Assembly: GCF_006345805.1 (NCBI RefSeq)
Contig: NC_042998.1
Span: 59,086,001 to 59,150,000 of the forward strand
Length of the DNA: 64,000 nucleotides
DNA from: Octopus sinensis
Lineage: Eukaryota
Direction of reading: 5' to 3'
Notes under the pieces: model-generated
The model's input: only the letters and a program-made list of their open reading frames with translations
Told to the model about the DNA's origin: nothing
Databases searched by the model: none
Shown here: piece after piece, positions 28,181 through 41,310 of the stretch
Layout: each line of letters starts with the position of its first letter
Numbering within the stretch: position 1 is the stretch's first letter
Position numbers and translations under genes: made by a program

Positions 28181-29464
28181 AGTTTTGGCTTCTTTTACAT
28201 GAAATAATAGAAAAGCAGATTACGGAGGGATGTATTTTGAGATGGCTAATTCTACCAATATATGCTTGTTTATTGATAGTTCTTATCATCACTGGTTAAC
28301 TGTAGTAAACTAATATGCATGAGCGAATTCATTCAATGGTGTTATTTACTATAACTGTTATTATTCTGTGTTATTTAGTAATCTATTTTCATGAGAGGAA
28401 TATATAAAATACTGGTAATATGCATAAGTGATTTGCATATATAATACACCTAGGTAGGATTTTCAGGATTAGCATCATAAAACAGGTGGAAGGCAATCAA
28501 GCCACGAATTGCATCAGAAATATTGATAGAACTTTGGAATGTACTCATACTATCGAGAATATTATCTGGCATTCTTTGGAGTTTAAATTTATTTTCCAAT
28601 TGCGATAAAACATATTGAATGTTTGACCATTTATACAAACAACAAATATAAAGATTTTCAATTTTAGATGGATTGAAAACAAAACGAAATGCTATAAAAG
28701 AAGGAGCTCTATTCTACATATAGAGATGCTCTTCAGAAGATAAAGTACGTCAAAGTATATGCAGAAAGATATGAAACGATAATTTTCTTAGTAATTTCCA
28801 TAGAAATGCAATTACAACAAAGCTATTTATATTTCTAATAAACTTATCAAGCAGCATGACAATTTTGTAATGTTAACTTTTAGATTAAATTATTTCTGCA
28901 ACTTTCATATTCTAGAATATTACAAACTATAATATCTGCCATTAAAGAAAAATTCATGGAGTGAATCTATTCAGAATAGTAATGATTTACTATACTAAAA
29001 TTGCATAACTGCATTGTCAATATATTTTTAAGCAGACGAAAAAATGTTTAGGCCATAGCTAAATGAACTATCACATCAAAAATATGGACTCCCTACCCCT
29101 TTATGCAATACATTATGGCAATAATATAAAAATATGTTCTCTTTCTCAGGTTAAATCGCAAATTATTTGGAAAGAAATTAATGTATCGATTCATAAAATA
29201 GAAGCGTTTTATCAACACCGTCAGATGTAACGAATGTAAAGGGAATATAACAACAATCGTCTGCCCTGGACGTTTTATCATGAGGAGAGTATTAAAGCAG
29301 ATTACCGACACAGTGACACAGTTTGTAGAGAACAATTTGGATTGTGAACTAGACCTTATCAGGAGCATCGATTTGATCAGTAAAAGTAGCAAAATATCTA
29401 CACATATTAAACTGTTTACTTTGTCACCAAAACAAAAAAGACTCTCTGATAGTCTCATCATGTA

Positions 29465-30376
29465 TTGGGTCATTCCATAAATAATGGGGAGGTTTTGTTA
29501 TACGAAATTAAGATAAAGTTCTTTGTCAATCTAAAATTTACTCTCCTTTATTTTCTACAATGCTCTCCATCAGTCTGGTAGACTTGCAAAGCTTTTCTTC
29601 CAACATTCACTTGTCTGTGACGAAAAATACTCCTCCTCTACTGTTCTGACTTTCCCGTCCAAATGATTTTGAAGTCTACAGAGTTAATCAGATGGGGCAA
29701 TGTCCAGCGAATATGGTGGGAGGGACATCAATTCCCATTCACACTGCTTCAGCTTTTGGAATGTTAGCCTTTGGAACGCGACAACAAATAAGAGCACACT
29801 GTGCGCTCTGCGCGCGATTAGATAACGTTGTGAGGAGCCCATTGACCCAATTTGATGACTTTTCCGACGGTACGTAGGTGTCGGTGAATGGTTGAATGAC
29901 CAAATCCAAGCTTCTCTCCTGGTTTTAGTTTCTCAACAGTTATAATGGGATTTTCTTCCACCTGGGTTTGCACGACGTCCTCATCGAGCTTTGCAGATCT
30001 TCCAGGACGAGGCTCGTCTTCTAGGCTGTAGTTTCCGGCTCGGAATTTCTGGAACCAGCGTTGACACTGACTTACGCTTATTGTCCTATCACCATATACT
30101 GCATTAATATTCCTCACACTTTCCATTGTGTTGTAGCCTTTATTGAACTCATAAACAAAATATGCCGAATATGCTTCTTTGTCACTTCCGTTATAAATTT
30201 GAAAAGATTACCATTAAAATCGAATTACCCTGTTCAAAACTTGCACTAAGAATAGAACATAGTGAAATTATCACCTGCTTTTATTACAAATTGATGAAGA
30301 TAGTTTATACTGTCTCCTTCCGACTTTTAGTTCATAGAACAATTGAAAACACCGCATTATTTATGGGATGACCCAA
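29465..30376 (-). mobile_element. Internally deleted mariner transposon with both TIRs
   Basis: 25-bp TIRs TTGGGTCAT(T/C)CCATAAATAATG(G/C)GG, TA duplications at 29463-64 and 30377-78. ORF 29818-30126 is the HTH region (CQRWFQKFRAGNYSLEDEPRPGRS...WAPHN). A YSLDIAPSD motif follows a large central deletion. Confidence 0.93.
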
Positions 30377-30914
30377 TATTTATAACAAGGCGTTATCACA
30401 AATTATTGTACGACATACTACAAAATACTAGAGGATAATACTTGTATATTGTATAAAATTCCTTACAAAACTAGAAGACAAATCATGAAAACCATGCTCA
30501 TATTGCAATATAATACCAAAATATACTCGCAGTCAAACACAAATCAAAAATTAACAGGTGATTACTGACATAAAAAAAAATAACGGTGAATAAAATTGTC
30601 CACCACAAAGACGTCAATTCGTGACTGTTGACGCATGATGCTTACAGTGAAAAGAAAAAGGATACTTTGGCGGGAATATCTATACGACATCAAATGATGT
30701 ATAAGAAAACAACACAGATGTTAAGTATATTTAATTATGGAAAACGAAACTTGGAAGGTCGGGTAACATCGAAAATTAATCTCATAAATTTATTGTTCAT
30801 AACAGAAAAGAACTAATAAGAAAATACGAAAATCTAAAATGAAATAGATAAAACTTGAACACAGTCTTCTATTTAATGAAACGTCTATAAAGAAACAGCT
30901 CTCCCCCTTACACA

Positions 30915-30974
30915 CACGTGTGTATATGTATTTATATATGTGTGCGTGTGTGTGTATTTATATATGTATGTATA

Positions 30975-31024
<50 letters not shown>

Positions 31025-31272
31025 ATATATATATCCTTCGAAACGGTTAGTAGATGAAACCTTAGCGACTGAAGAAGGGGATTTTTCGTTGTGCTTATTG
31101 TCCTGTATCTCTTTTTTTGCTTGTCTTGTTCCTTGGTTTGTGTCTATGTTTTTCGTCTCTCTATGTGTTCGACGTCTTTTTGGTGTCCTGTACACATATA
31201 TGCGTGTATATGTACATGTAGAGGTAGGTACGTACATATATGTTTATATATATGCATATGTTCTATTTTATT

Positions 31273-31343
<71 letters not shown>

Positions 31344-31345
31344 GT
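30915..31345. repeat. (TA)n/(TG)n tracts flanking a short unclassified repeat
   Basis: Microsatellites at about 30915-31033 and 31275-31345. Confidence 0.75.
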
Positions 31346-32469
31346 GTAATCATCCAGATTCTGTTTTGACACCCCGTCAAAAGAGGTGCTCTAATTTAAC
31401 GAAAAAAGCATTCGTGTGACATTTAATCTTATATGTTTGTATCATATATAAAATAGTAAATAGTGAATCATTTCTATTTTCAAATTTCTAACCTATATTA
31501 CATTTATACGGTAGAGCCTCACATATGTAATACAGTTATTTAAAAAACTTGGTTAGTTGCGATTATCCATCGAATTATTAGACGAAACATTTCTGTATAG
31601 GTGCTTAAGATCTAAGAGGCAACACGGAAAATAAATAACTTCAATTAATTAATTAACTGAAAATAATATGTTAATCAAAAGTTTTGAAAAGTCTAGAATC
31701 ATAGAGTTGAGCATTATCTTCATGACGTCTACTTTTGGTCGTACAAAGCTTCCTGAGCAAAGCATATTCTGCTTATCATGTCTGAGAGTGATTAATATAT
31801 AAAGAAATAGAAAAGAAAATGTAGTGATGGTTATGATTATTTAATTCACCTCACTCAATTCAACTCAATACGTTATATAAGTAAAAGCTTATATCTATTC
31901 ATATGTGGTATTTTCCCTCACCTCGCTTATTATTCTCATTTGTAATCAGCCTCATTAAATTCTCTCTCTTTTCATATGTTTTAATCACTTAATCTTACTG
32001 AATAGTAGATAGTTTGCCGAGAGGCCTAATATTACGAAATATGCATGTTTCTTTCACCATTTGATTCAAAGACAAGATACATTCTCACGCTGTATTTTCT
32101 ATGTTTTCCAAAGTTTAAATTGAGTTTATTGAAGTTGTTTACCTTGGAATCATTTAAAAAAAATTTAAACAATTATAGTACGGGATTTTGTGTCATCTAA
32201 TTAATGGAGCGCTGAAAAACACTTTATTACATAAATGAGACCCTATATTTTACTTTTATTGCTAGTACTAGTATCCTTTCTCATTTTGTACACGATTAAC
32301 GATTTTAAGTGTAGTGGCAGGTAGATCACATCGGCCCCGCTGTTTTCCTGGTACTTTTCCACCCTCCTCAGTGACTAGTGCCCTTTTCAATGAAAGTTAT
32401 CACTATCATCATCATCATCAACATCAACATCATCTTCATCATCAACGTCGTCATCGTCGTCGTTATTAT

Positions 32470-32950
32470 TGGTGAGCTGGCAGAATCGTTAGCACAACGG
32501 GTAAAATGCTTAGCCGTATTTCGTCCGTCTTTACGATCCGAGTTCAAATTCCGCCGAAGTCGACTTTGCCTTTCATCCTTTCGGGGTCGATAAAGTAAGT
32601 ACCATTTGAACACTAGAGTCGATGCAATTGACTTCATCCCTTCCCTGAAATTGCAGGTATTGTGTCAAAACTTGAAACCATTATAATAATCATTGTTGTT
32701 GTTGCTATTGCTGTTGTTGTTGTTAACTTCTGTTAAGGGATTCAGCATTCAGAATCGCTAGTGCGAGAAACAAAATATTGAGGGCCATTTATCATGGTTC
32801 TTTACGCTCCGAGTCCAAATTCTGCTGACGTCGACTTTACCTTCCCTCCTTTTCGAGATCAATAATATAAATACCTGTCGAGAGTTTTGGGTTTGAAACA
32901 ATTGATGTAGCATTCTCTTAAAAATTGCTGGCATTGTACCAAATTTAGAA
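32470..32950 (+). mobile_element. Two family-B tRNA-derived SINE copies
   Basis: gagctggcagaatcgttagcac head, GAGTTCAAATTCC B-box, cctttcatcctttcggggtcgataaagtaagtacc core, ttgaaaccattat tail. Confidence 0.85.
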
Positions 32951-33353
32951 AGACCTATGAACTATTGTTTTTCTTACCATCATTAGATTCTCAGAGACAA
33001 TAATATATTTCAATATTCAGATGTTACCTAATCGCATAACTTAAATCTTGAAGCCTTTGGAAACAGCATGAGCACCAATATTCTGCCTGACAGGAAAGAA
33101 AACAAAAACAAAAGAGCAAACACACGCAGAATCATTTATTAACCTTTGTTAATAAAAGAATGAAAAGAAAGTCTCGAGTTGCAATTCCTCGAGTTTGATT
33201 CAAATACAAAAGGATTCGTCGGTGTACAGTTGCCAGACAAGATCAAATCAAAGCAACTTAATACCATTAGAATAATTATTAAAGTTCGATTCTAAAGAAA
33301 TCTATTATTACTGTTATTGTTTTTACTGTTGCTATTATTATTATTATTATTAT

Positions 33354-33775
33354 TCAGTAGTTTTATTTTTATAGCGTGCTTTCACTTCACTACCGAGCGC
33401 AGCTCTGTGTGCCTTGGGTATGTGCTGTGATTTGTTGTGATGCTCTGATGGTTATTGTATGGAAAGTGTTCTGCGTAGGATGTGTGCAGTGCCTAGTAGT
33501 GCAATTTTCTGTATGTTATATGTGTTTGTAAGTCCTGGTGTTTTTGTTATGTATTTGTCTGAATATTTTTTTATCATGCCTAATGCACCTACTATGATAG
33601 GAATTGTTTCTGTTTTCAGGTTCCACATTCTAGTTACCTCTATTCCAGGTCTTTGTATTTTGAGAGTTTCTCCATTTCTTTTAGAGACACGTTGTCATCA
33701 GCCGGTATTGATACATCAATTAGAAAGCATTTTTTTTCTTCATGATCTCTGACAACTATATCTGGTCTGTTGGCC

Positions 33776-33779
<4 letters not shown>
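33354..33779 (-). mobile_element. R4/Dong-like RLE LINE 3' fragment within (TAA)n
   Basis: KANRPDIVVRDHEEKKCFLIDVSIPADDNVSLKEMEKLSKYKDLE is the PD..D restriction-like endonuclease. (TAA)n on both sides. Confidence 0.88.
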
Positions 33780-33853
<74 letters not shown>

Positions 33854-33972
33854 GTTGTTGTTGTTGCTGTTGTTGTTGTTGTTCTTCTTCTTCTTCTTGT
33901 TGCTGTTGTTGCTGTTGTTATCCTCTTCTTCTTCCTCCTCCTCCTCTTCCTCATTATTATTATTATTATTAT
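33780..33972. repeat. Compound trinucleotide tract (TAT)n-(TGT)n-(TCT)n-(CCT)n-(TAT)n
   Basis: Direct observation. Confidence 0.95.
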
Positions 33973-34542
33973 TCAGTAGTTTTATTTTTATAGCGTGCTT
34001 TCACTTCACTACCGAGCGCAGTTCTGTGTGCCTTGAATATGTGTTGTGGTTTGCTGTGATGCACTTCTGGTTACTGCATTGAAAGTGTTTTGCGTAGGAT
34101 GTGTGCAGTACCCAGTAGTGCAATTTTCTGAATGTTATATATTATTGTAAGTCCTGGTGATTTTGTTATGTATTTGTCTGAATATTTTTTTATCATACCT
34201 AATGCGTGTACTATGACAGGAATTGTTTCTGTTTTTAGATTCCACATTCGAATTACCTTTGTTTCCAGGTCTTAATATTTTGTAAGTTTCTTCATTTCTT
34301 TTATAGAAACGTTGTCATCTGCTAGTATTGATACATCAATTAGAAAGCCTTCTATTGGCCTTAATTTCTCTATCTGTGTGTATTGACATATCCCAGAGTA
34401 TGGTTGCTTTCTCGCTTTCTGTGACCTTTTCTGGCGTGTGCCTATACCATCTTTTCTCTGTTCTTATTCCTGTCGTATCTGTGAATATATTCCTTCTTAG
34501 CCAGGACTGGGCAGCCAGAGATAATATGATTTATTGTTTGGA
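33973..34542 (-). mobile_element. Second copy of the same R4/Dong-like family
   Basis: 3' end nearly identical to the 33354 copy. Encodes HIISGCPVLAKKEY...ATILWDMSIHTDREIKANR and has internal deletions. Confidence 0.88.
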
Positions 34543-34619
<77 letters not shown>

Positions 34620-34634
34620 TATTATTATTATTAT

Positions 34635-34687
<53 letters not shown>

Positions 34688-34690
34688 TTG
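34543..34690. repeat. (AAT)n/(TTA)n inverted microsatellite, then (TAG)n
   Basis: Orientation switches at 34580/34581. Confidence 0.9.
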
Positions 34691-34699
34691 TTGTTATTG

Positions 34700-35255
34700 T
34701 TGTTTTTATTTGACATTTGATTGTTTCAAGCAAATTTCTACAGCAGCACTTGCTACACCTCCGCGTTGCTGAGGTGTGTAGCATCGTGTTTTGTGCTTTT
34801 GTTTGCTGTTGTTAGGGGAGTAAAAACTCTTCCCGTGTATTGTATTGCATCAGTCTGTTTTGTCATGGGGTTTTGCTGCTGTCCTTTGTTGTATTAATAT
34901 TTGTGTTGTGCGCTGTTTGTGAAATGCGAGTTATGTTCTTCTTTAGTGCACTTGACCTGTAGAGTACACGTTGTGGGACTTGTTTTTTATTGGATATTTA
35001 CTGTAAAGGATGTGTTATGTGTTTGTAGATTGTTTTATTTCGGTTGAGCTATTGAATTATTAGTGTCTTGCGTAGGATGGGCTGTTTCTAGCAGAGCTGT
35101 TTTTCTTTTCAATAGATTTCAGGATCCGGCTGTTGCTTCTACGTTTTCAATCACCTTTTTATCATACACACTGCTCCAATTATTACTGGTATTGTCTTCA
35201 CCTTTATGCCTCACATCTTGAATATTTCAATTTCGAGATCTTTATAATTTAACTC
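34700..35255 (-). mobile_element. Third, diverged R4-like RLE LINE 3' end with longer 3' UTR
   Basis: YKDLEIEI..M..IKVKTIPVIIGAV..IK...ALLETAH on the minus strand. Confidence 0.7.
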
Positions 35256-35339
35256 CACTTTTTTTAGGGAGCAATATTTTATTTAGAAGGGATGCAATGG
35301 CTATCAATAAGCTATCAATAAACTTTATTCACTCCTTGG

Positions 35340-37640
35340 TTGACCAGACCACCGGCCTAGAAATGCTCGACTGTGCAGATATACCCCTCCCCACTGATAC
35401 AGGCACTCCGTGATTTGCTTATCTCTGTGTCCGTCCTCTATGCCTTCTGAAAAGGGCAATTAGAATAGAATCGATAAGAGCTAGTAAGGCATTAGCGATA
35501 GAAAGGAATAGAGTGGAGGGAAACTTAGTTTGAAATTTAGAAGAGAGATGCTTGGAAAAGGCATCACAACCGACATGCTGGCGACGGCGAGATTGGCTAT
35601 GGACCAATTCTTCAACTCTAAGCACGAAGGATACAGTGTCAGAGCTAAGGTGCATGCTCTAAGCAACGAGGCAACGAAACCCGAACGATGGGCCCGAGTG
35701 ACATAGGCACAACGTGACAACAAAGCCACAATTCGGTCTTTGTTGGACCAAAATGAACGAACAGTACTCGAGCCCGAGCAGATGTGTATGGCATTTCAGT
35801 AGCCCTTCGTTGAACTTTTTGGACCGAACGGCAGGTCAGGATGTAGGATGGACTTCAGTGCTTACTTTAAGAGCAGTCACGACTCTCCGGAAGAGGAGGG
35901 AGCTTAGCGTTGCGAAATGCCGATAGCAATCGCGGAAATACGGGATGCGATGATGGGCTGCATGGAATTGGTTGAGAACCGTCTGGTTTGGATGGTCTGC
36001 TCTATGAACTTTACTTTTATGTGCCAAACCTGTTTGGCAGCCTCCTGCCAGATATCTTCCGCAACAGGCAGCAGAATAGGAGAATACTTAGTTCGTTCAG
36101 TCAAGGAGTAGTGAGAAAGGGCACAAATGTAATCAAATTGAAATTTTTAGACCCATAACGCTGCTGAACATAGGTTTCAAAATTTTGGTCAAGGTGTTAG
36201 TAATAAGGTTGGTGTTTGTCGTCGAGGAACTGATCAGTGATGCACAAACATACGCACGCCCAAGCAGATCCATCCATGACAACCTCTACCTCATACGATA
36301 CATAATAGACAAGGTGGGTAAAAATGCTGTCGTAGATTGGGCCCTGATCAATTTGGATAGGCCTAAAGCCTTCTATAGGGTTGACCACCAATATGTGGCC
36401 GCCGTTCCCACGGTGGCCGGTTTAGATTCGGCTTTCCGTGACTGGATCGTTGCAATGTACAGCGACATCTAATTTGTGAATGATTATCAATCAGAACCAT
36501 TCAACATCAAGTGCTCCGTCCTTCAAGTGTGTCCCGTCTCTTCTCTTTTGTACACTGGCTCTAGAGCCACTACTGCGGAAATTGGGGATGTTGAGAGGCA
36601 CTTCGCCCGAACGAGGACGTGGGAGAACCGTGCCGACATACGCAGACAGTGTTCCCATCATAGTGTCGAACATGAAGCACATAAACCTAGTCGGCACTGG
36701 TTTCAAAGAATACGATGCGGTAGAAGAAGCAAAAAATAACCTAGAAATGAGAGTGGAACAACAACTCGACACCTAGAGAGTTAGGTCCATATTCTCCAAT
36801 AACGTTCTCGGAAAAACTCTGGGCAACGACGAGAATCAACAGGCTGGTCTGTTCCGGAGGACTTTCGGACTGGGGCTAATAGATAATTTCCAGAAATCCT
36901 TTGCCTGGCAGCGTTAACCAGGGGAAAGAGACAATACCGGTTTGGGACAACTCTACAGTCATAGAAGTACCGTCAGCCGGACCTGCCCGAGGTGAACCCA
37001 AAGTGACCGCGAAACTGTTCTGCATGCTTTCGTCCCGTACCAAAGCATTGCTGACTTATGGATTTATGCTGAAAACCTGGTATCATGCGTAGGACGGATC
37101 CTGCTATTGACTGACACCATTGTGAAGTTCGTCCCGTAACCTTCTTTTGACCAAGAAGGTCAGGAAGTGTTTCATTGCCTGATGCCATAGCGAAAGAAGT
37201 TGTGTGGTGGACCAGACTGAGAGGGCTGAAGTCAAATATTTTCCTCTTTGGTCAAGCCCTCATCAAGTTTTTCAACTTTCATTTGAAAAGGAAAATGAGG
37301 ATAAAGAGTGAAGTGCTGCCTCTCAGCAATTTTGATAAAAGATGAGTGAATGTTGCAAGATTGGACCGAGTGAATGGGTCTACTTTAAGCATGTGACTGT
37401 AGGTTGAAGGAGGACGATGTAGAGAGAGCACTTGCGCTAGTGGTCAAGGTGACCATGGTTTTGTGGGGTCTCCACGAGCAGCCCTTGAAAGCATTCCTCT
37501 TTTGAGGAATTATTCATTGTTATAATGTTATGTTGTTACTGTTTTTAATATTTTACACGCCTTTTATGCAACACCATATCGCATTGTCCTGTACCGCCCT
37601 CAATGCTTTTGGAGGAACCTTTAGTGGTTAATTAAGAAAA
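35340..37640 (+). mobile_element. Decayed Tx1/L1-clade LINE (linker, RT, C-terminus, 3' UTR)
   Basis: FRPITLLN..FKILVKVL, RSIHDNLYLIR, ALINLD..KAF.RVDH and LALEPLLRKL..TYAD. C-terminus homologous to 1009-1770. Many stops and frameshifts. Confidence 0.85.
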
Positions 37641-37762
37641 CATCATCATCCTCATCATCCTCATCATCCTCATCATCCTCATCATCCTCATCATCATTGT
37701 CGTCGTCATCATCATCATCATAAATTTCATTATCATCATCAATAACTACTACTACTACAACA

Positions 37763-37815
<53 letters not shown>

Positions 37816-37844
37816 AACTACTACTACTACAACTACTACTACTA

Positions 37845-37904
<60 letters not shown>

Positions 37905-38180
37905 AACTGCTGCTGCTGCTGTCTCTGCTCCTGCTGTTGCTGTTGCTGCCGCTGCATTAGCTTTATCAACATCATCTTTGATTTGGTTCATCATTGCAAG
38001 ATAAAATGATGTTGGGTCTTTATTGTTTGTTTGTTTCTTCTCTGTCTTGCTAGATTTCTTTATCTATTTCTTACAAATTTCTTTACATGTCTGTATAATA
38101 AATATATGTATATATGTATGTATGCGTATGTATGTATGTGTGTATATATATATGTATGTATATATATATATATATGTATT

Positions 38181-38232
<52 letters not shown>

Positions 38233-38233
38233 A

Positions 38234-38280
<47 letters not shown>

Positions 38281-38290
38281 ATGCATGTGT
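37640..38290. repeat. (CAT)n/(CTA)n/(CTG)n trinucleotide block and (TA)/(TATG) block
   Basis: Direct observation. Confidence 0.85.
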
Positions 38291-38764
38291 GTATTTGAGC
38301 TGATGTATTCTATGCAGATGTCAGTACATCGCAAGAGATGATAATATCAAATGAAATGCTATTTATTCCTAATACAACGCAAAACCCCTCTTACAACACA
38401 CACACCCATGATATTCATCTTAATAATGTTATTGTTCGTATATGTTTTCCTTAACGTTTCAATTCTTAATTGAACAACAGATTTCAGAAGGCTGAAAGTA
38501 ATATACTGTTCGAGATCGCAGACAGGATAACAGCTACAGAAAAATAACATAAAAAGAACATTAATACGTAAAGGTATGTATGTATGTATGTATGTATGTA
38601 TGTATGTATGTATGTATGTATTCTTAATTATGAAGTATATTAACCAAAACATGTTAAATACATACATACATACATACATACATACATACATACATACATA
38701 CATACATACATACATACATACATACATACATACATACATACATACATACATACATACATACATA

Positions 38765-39025
38765 CTCTACCCAGATTACAAGTTCAGGTTTATACCTGTG
38801 ATTATTGGGGCACTGCGATATGTAGCGCACTGCCTCAATATCAATGTTGAGAAATTAGGCTTCCCAAAACCAGAAAAGTGAAAGCTGATCCGACTACAGA
38901 TCGCTGGAATAGTAAAACTCTGCAAAACTTTCAAAAAGTTTATCATTTAAATTTATATGAGCAAATATAGATTTGTAAGTATATGCATGAGAAGACATAC
39001 ATAAAATAAAACGTACAAATCTGCA
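38765..39025 (+). mobile_element. RLE LINE 3' fragment (LYPDYKF family) embedded in (CATA)n
   Basis: LYPDYKFRFIPVIIGAL...KLGFPKPEK; (CATA)n on both flanks; homologous to 47071-47410 and 48015-48395. Confidence 0.8.
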
Positions 39026-39554
39026 TGTATACATACATGCATGCATACATACAGACATACATACATAAATACATACATACATACATGCATACATGCATAC
39101 ATACATACATGCATACATACATGCATACATACATATATACATACATACATGCATGCATACATACATATGTACATACATACATGAATACATACATAAATGC
39201 ATACATATATACATACATGCATGCATACATACAGGAAGACAGACAGACATACCCTGTTGATATTGAAATTCTAATAAATTATTGACATGAAATCTTGAAA
39301 TAAAACAAAGTGATGACATACCTACATGAATACATACATACACACACACATGCAAGCATACATACATACATACGTACGTACATACATGCATACATACATG
39401 CATAAATACATGTATGCATACCTACATGCATACATACATACACAGATACATTATGCACACATATGGATTCCCACATTGTAATACACATACATGCACATGC
39501 GCAGTGTGTGTGTACATAAATACGTGTTCTCATATTTCTTGTTTTCTTTTCCCC

Positions 39555-39830
39555 GTCTCAGTCATTACAATGCGGCCAAGCTGGGGCATCGCCTTGAAGA
39601 ATTTTATTCCCATGAATTGACCCTAGTGCTTATTGTTTGTTTGTAAAGACTTGTACTTATTATATCGGTCTCTGTTACCGACCCGTTAAGTTACGGGGCC
39701 GTAAACCCATCAACCCTGGTTGACAAGCGGGGTTCCGTAACAAACACATACACAAAGACACACATATACACGCACGCACGCACACACACACAAACACACG
39801 CGCGTGCTCACACACACATACATAGTAGCG
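39555..39830 (-). mobile_element. Family-A SINE, 3' half
   Basis: tcagtcatt..gcggccaagctggggcatcgcc tail and tatcggtctct..taagttacgggg body. Confidence 0.7.
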
Positions 39831-40140
39831 GATTTCTCGACTTTGAGCAAAGTTATTGCTAGAAGGTATCACTCAAATGAGTCGTTGAACGATGCAATGA
39901 GGCCCTAGTATGATTCTTGAGCCCGGCGAAAGATTTGTGCATTCTATTGCATATTACTGGCTGGCAGAAAGGATACATGCCACAGTATGAACTCTTTTGA
40001 CATACCTTTATCAGTCCTCCAACTGAAAGGTACACCTTTCCACACACGTATATGTATGTGTGTGTGTGTGTGTGTGTAAACGAATGTGGTAAAGGACGAT
40101 CCCTTCCAAAGTGTTCGTCATGCATTTGGTTAATAAGAGA

Positions 40141-40281
40141 GGCCAACTCTGCCTTTCATCCTTTCGAGGTCGATAAATTAAGTACCATTTACGCACTGGA
40201 GTCAATGTAATCGACTTAATACCTATGTCTGTCCTTGTTTGTCCCCTCTGTGTTTAGCCCCTTGTGGGTAATAAAGAAATA
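40141..40281 (+). mobile_element. 5'-truncated family-B SINE with Tx1-type tail and 13-bp TSD
   Basis: GGTTAATAAGAGA at 40128-40140 and 40282-40294. Confidence 0.88.
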
Positions 40282-40369
40282 GGTTAATAAGAGACAAAAG
40301 ATGAGTCTAAACAATTACAGTGATTTTATAAAAATTATCGTGTCTTCCATCTTCCGTCTCTCATTAACC

Positions 40370-40535
40370 ACACATACGATGGTCTTCTTTCAGTTTCCGT
40401 CTACCAAATCCATTCACAAGTGTTTGGTCAGCCCGGTGTTATAGTAGGAAATACATCCCCAAGTTGCCACGCAGTAGGAATGAACCCGGAACTCTGTGAC
40501 TGGAAAACAAAATTCTTACAACACACCCACGCCTA
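40370..40535 (-). mobile_element. Family-A SINE, 5' half
   Basis: cttctttcagtttccgtctaccaaatcc...ccacgcagtaggaatgaacccgg is the reverse complement of the head. Confidence 0.75.
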
Positions 40536-40613
40536 TATTAAGGTATCCATGAGAAATGAATACAGAAACTTCGACAAATAGTTAATAAAATGATAAGTGA
40601 TAGCTGACCAAGT

Positions 40614-40614
<1 letters not shown>

Positions 40615-40664
<50 letters not shown>

Positions 40665-41094
40665 GAAAAAAGAGAGGACGAGAGAGTTGTCAAAGGGACC
40701 TGTAAACACGCAATAAGGACATGTCATATGGCAGGCGATAGCCTCGTTGTGATACCAGCCTGCCTGTATTTTATAGGAGCATAAAAAAAAATTACTGAAA
40801 TATAAAATATGAACTACATGTAACACCTACGCAAACGCACTTACATGCACACACGTACACACATATATACATGTGTCTATGTGTGTGCGTATATGTGCGG
40901 ATTTGTGTGGGTGTGTATATATACATACATACATATTTATGTACTTACATGCTCATGCATACAGATATATGAATACAAACTCACACAAGCCTATATATAA
41001 CGTGGCCGTCATTCACAAAGCAATATAACTTGATAGAATGTGTTGTGCTTTCGTTAATTTATTTTAGGTGTTTATGTAGTCAGAAGCAGATACA

Positions 41095-41147
<53 letters not shown>

Positions 41148-41260
41148 TACACACACACACACGCACGCACGCACGCGCACACACACACCACACACACACA
41201 CACATACACACACACACACACTTTTTGACTTCGCACTTTTTCACTCAGCAGAACATTGAT

Positions 41261-41310
<50 letters not shown>
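40615..41310. repeat. (GA)n and (CA)n tracts
   Basis: (GA)n at about 40615-40660 and 41265-41306; (CA)n at about 41092-41220. Confidence 0.8.

Noticed and set aside
28697-28740. agaaggagct...tcttcagaag resembling the ends of the 3174 hammerhead repeat
   Set aside because: The middle, including GAAA and stem III, is absent. Similarity is too short to call.
31033-31082. ccttcGAAAc...CTGAAGAagggg, a possible permuted hammerhead
   Set aside because: Stem II can be drawn, but no valid stem I or UH cleavage site fits.
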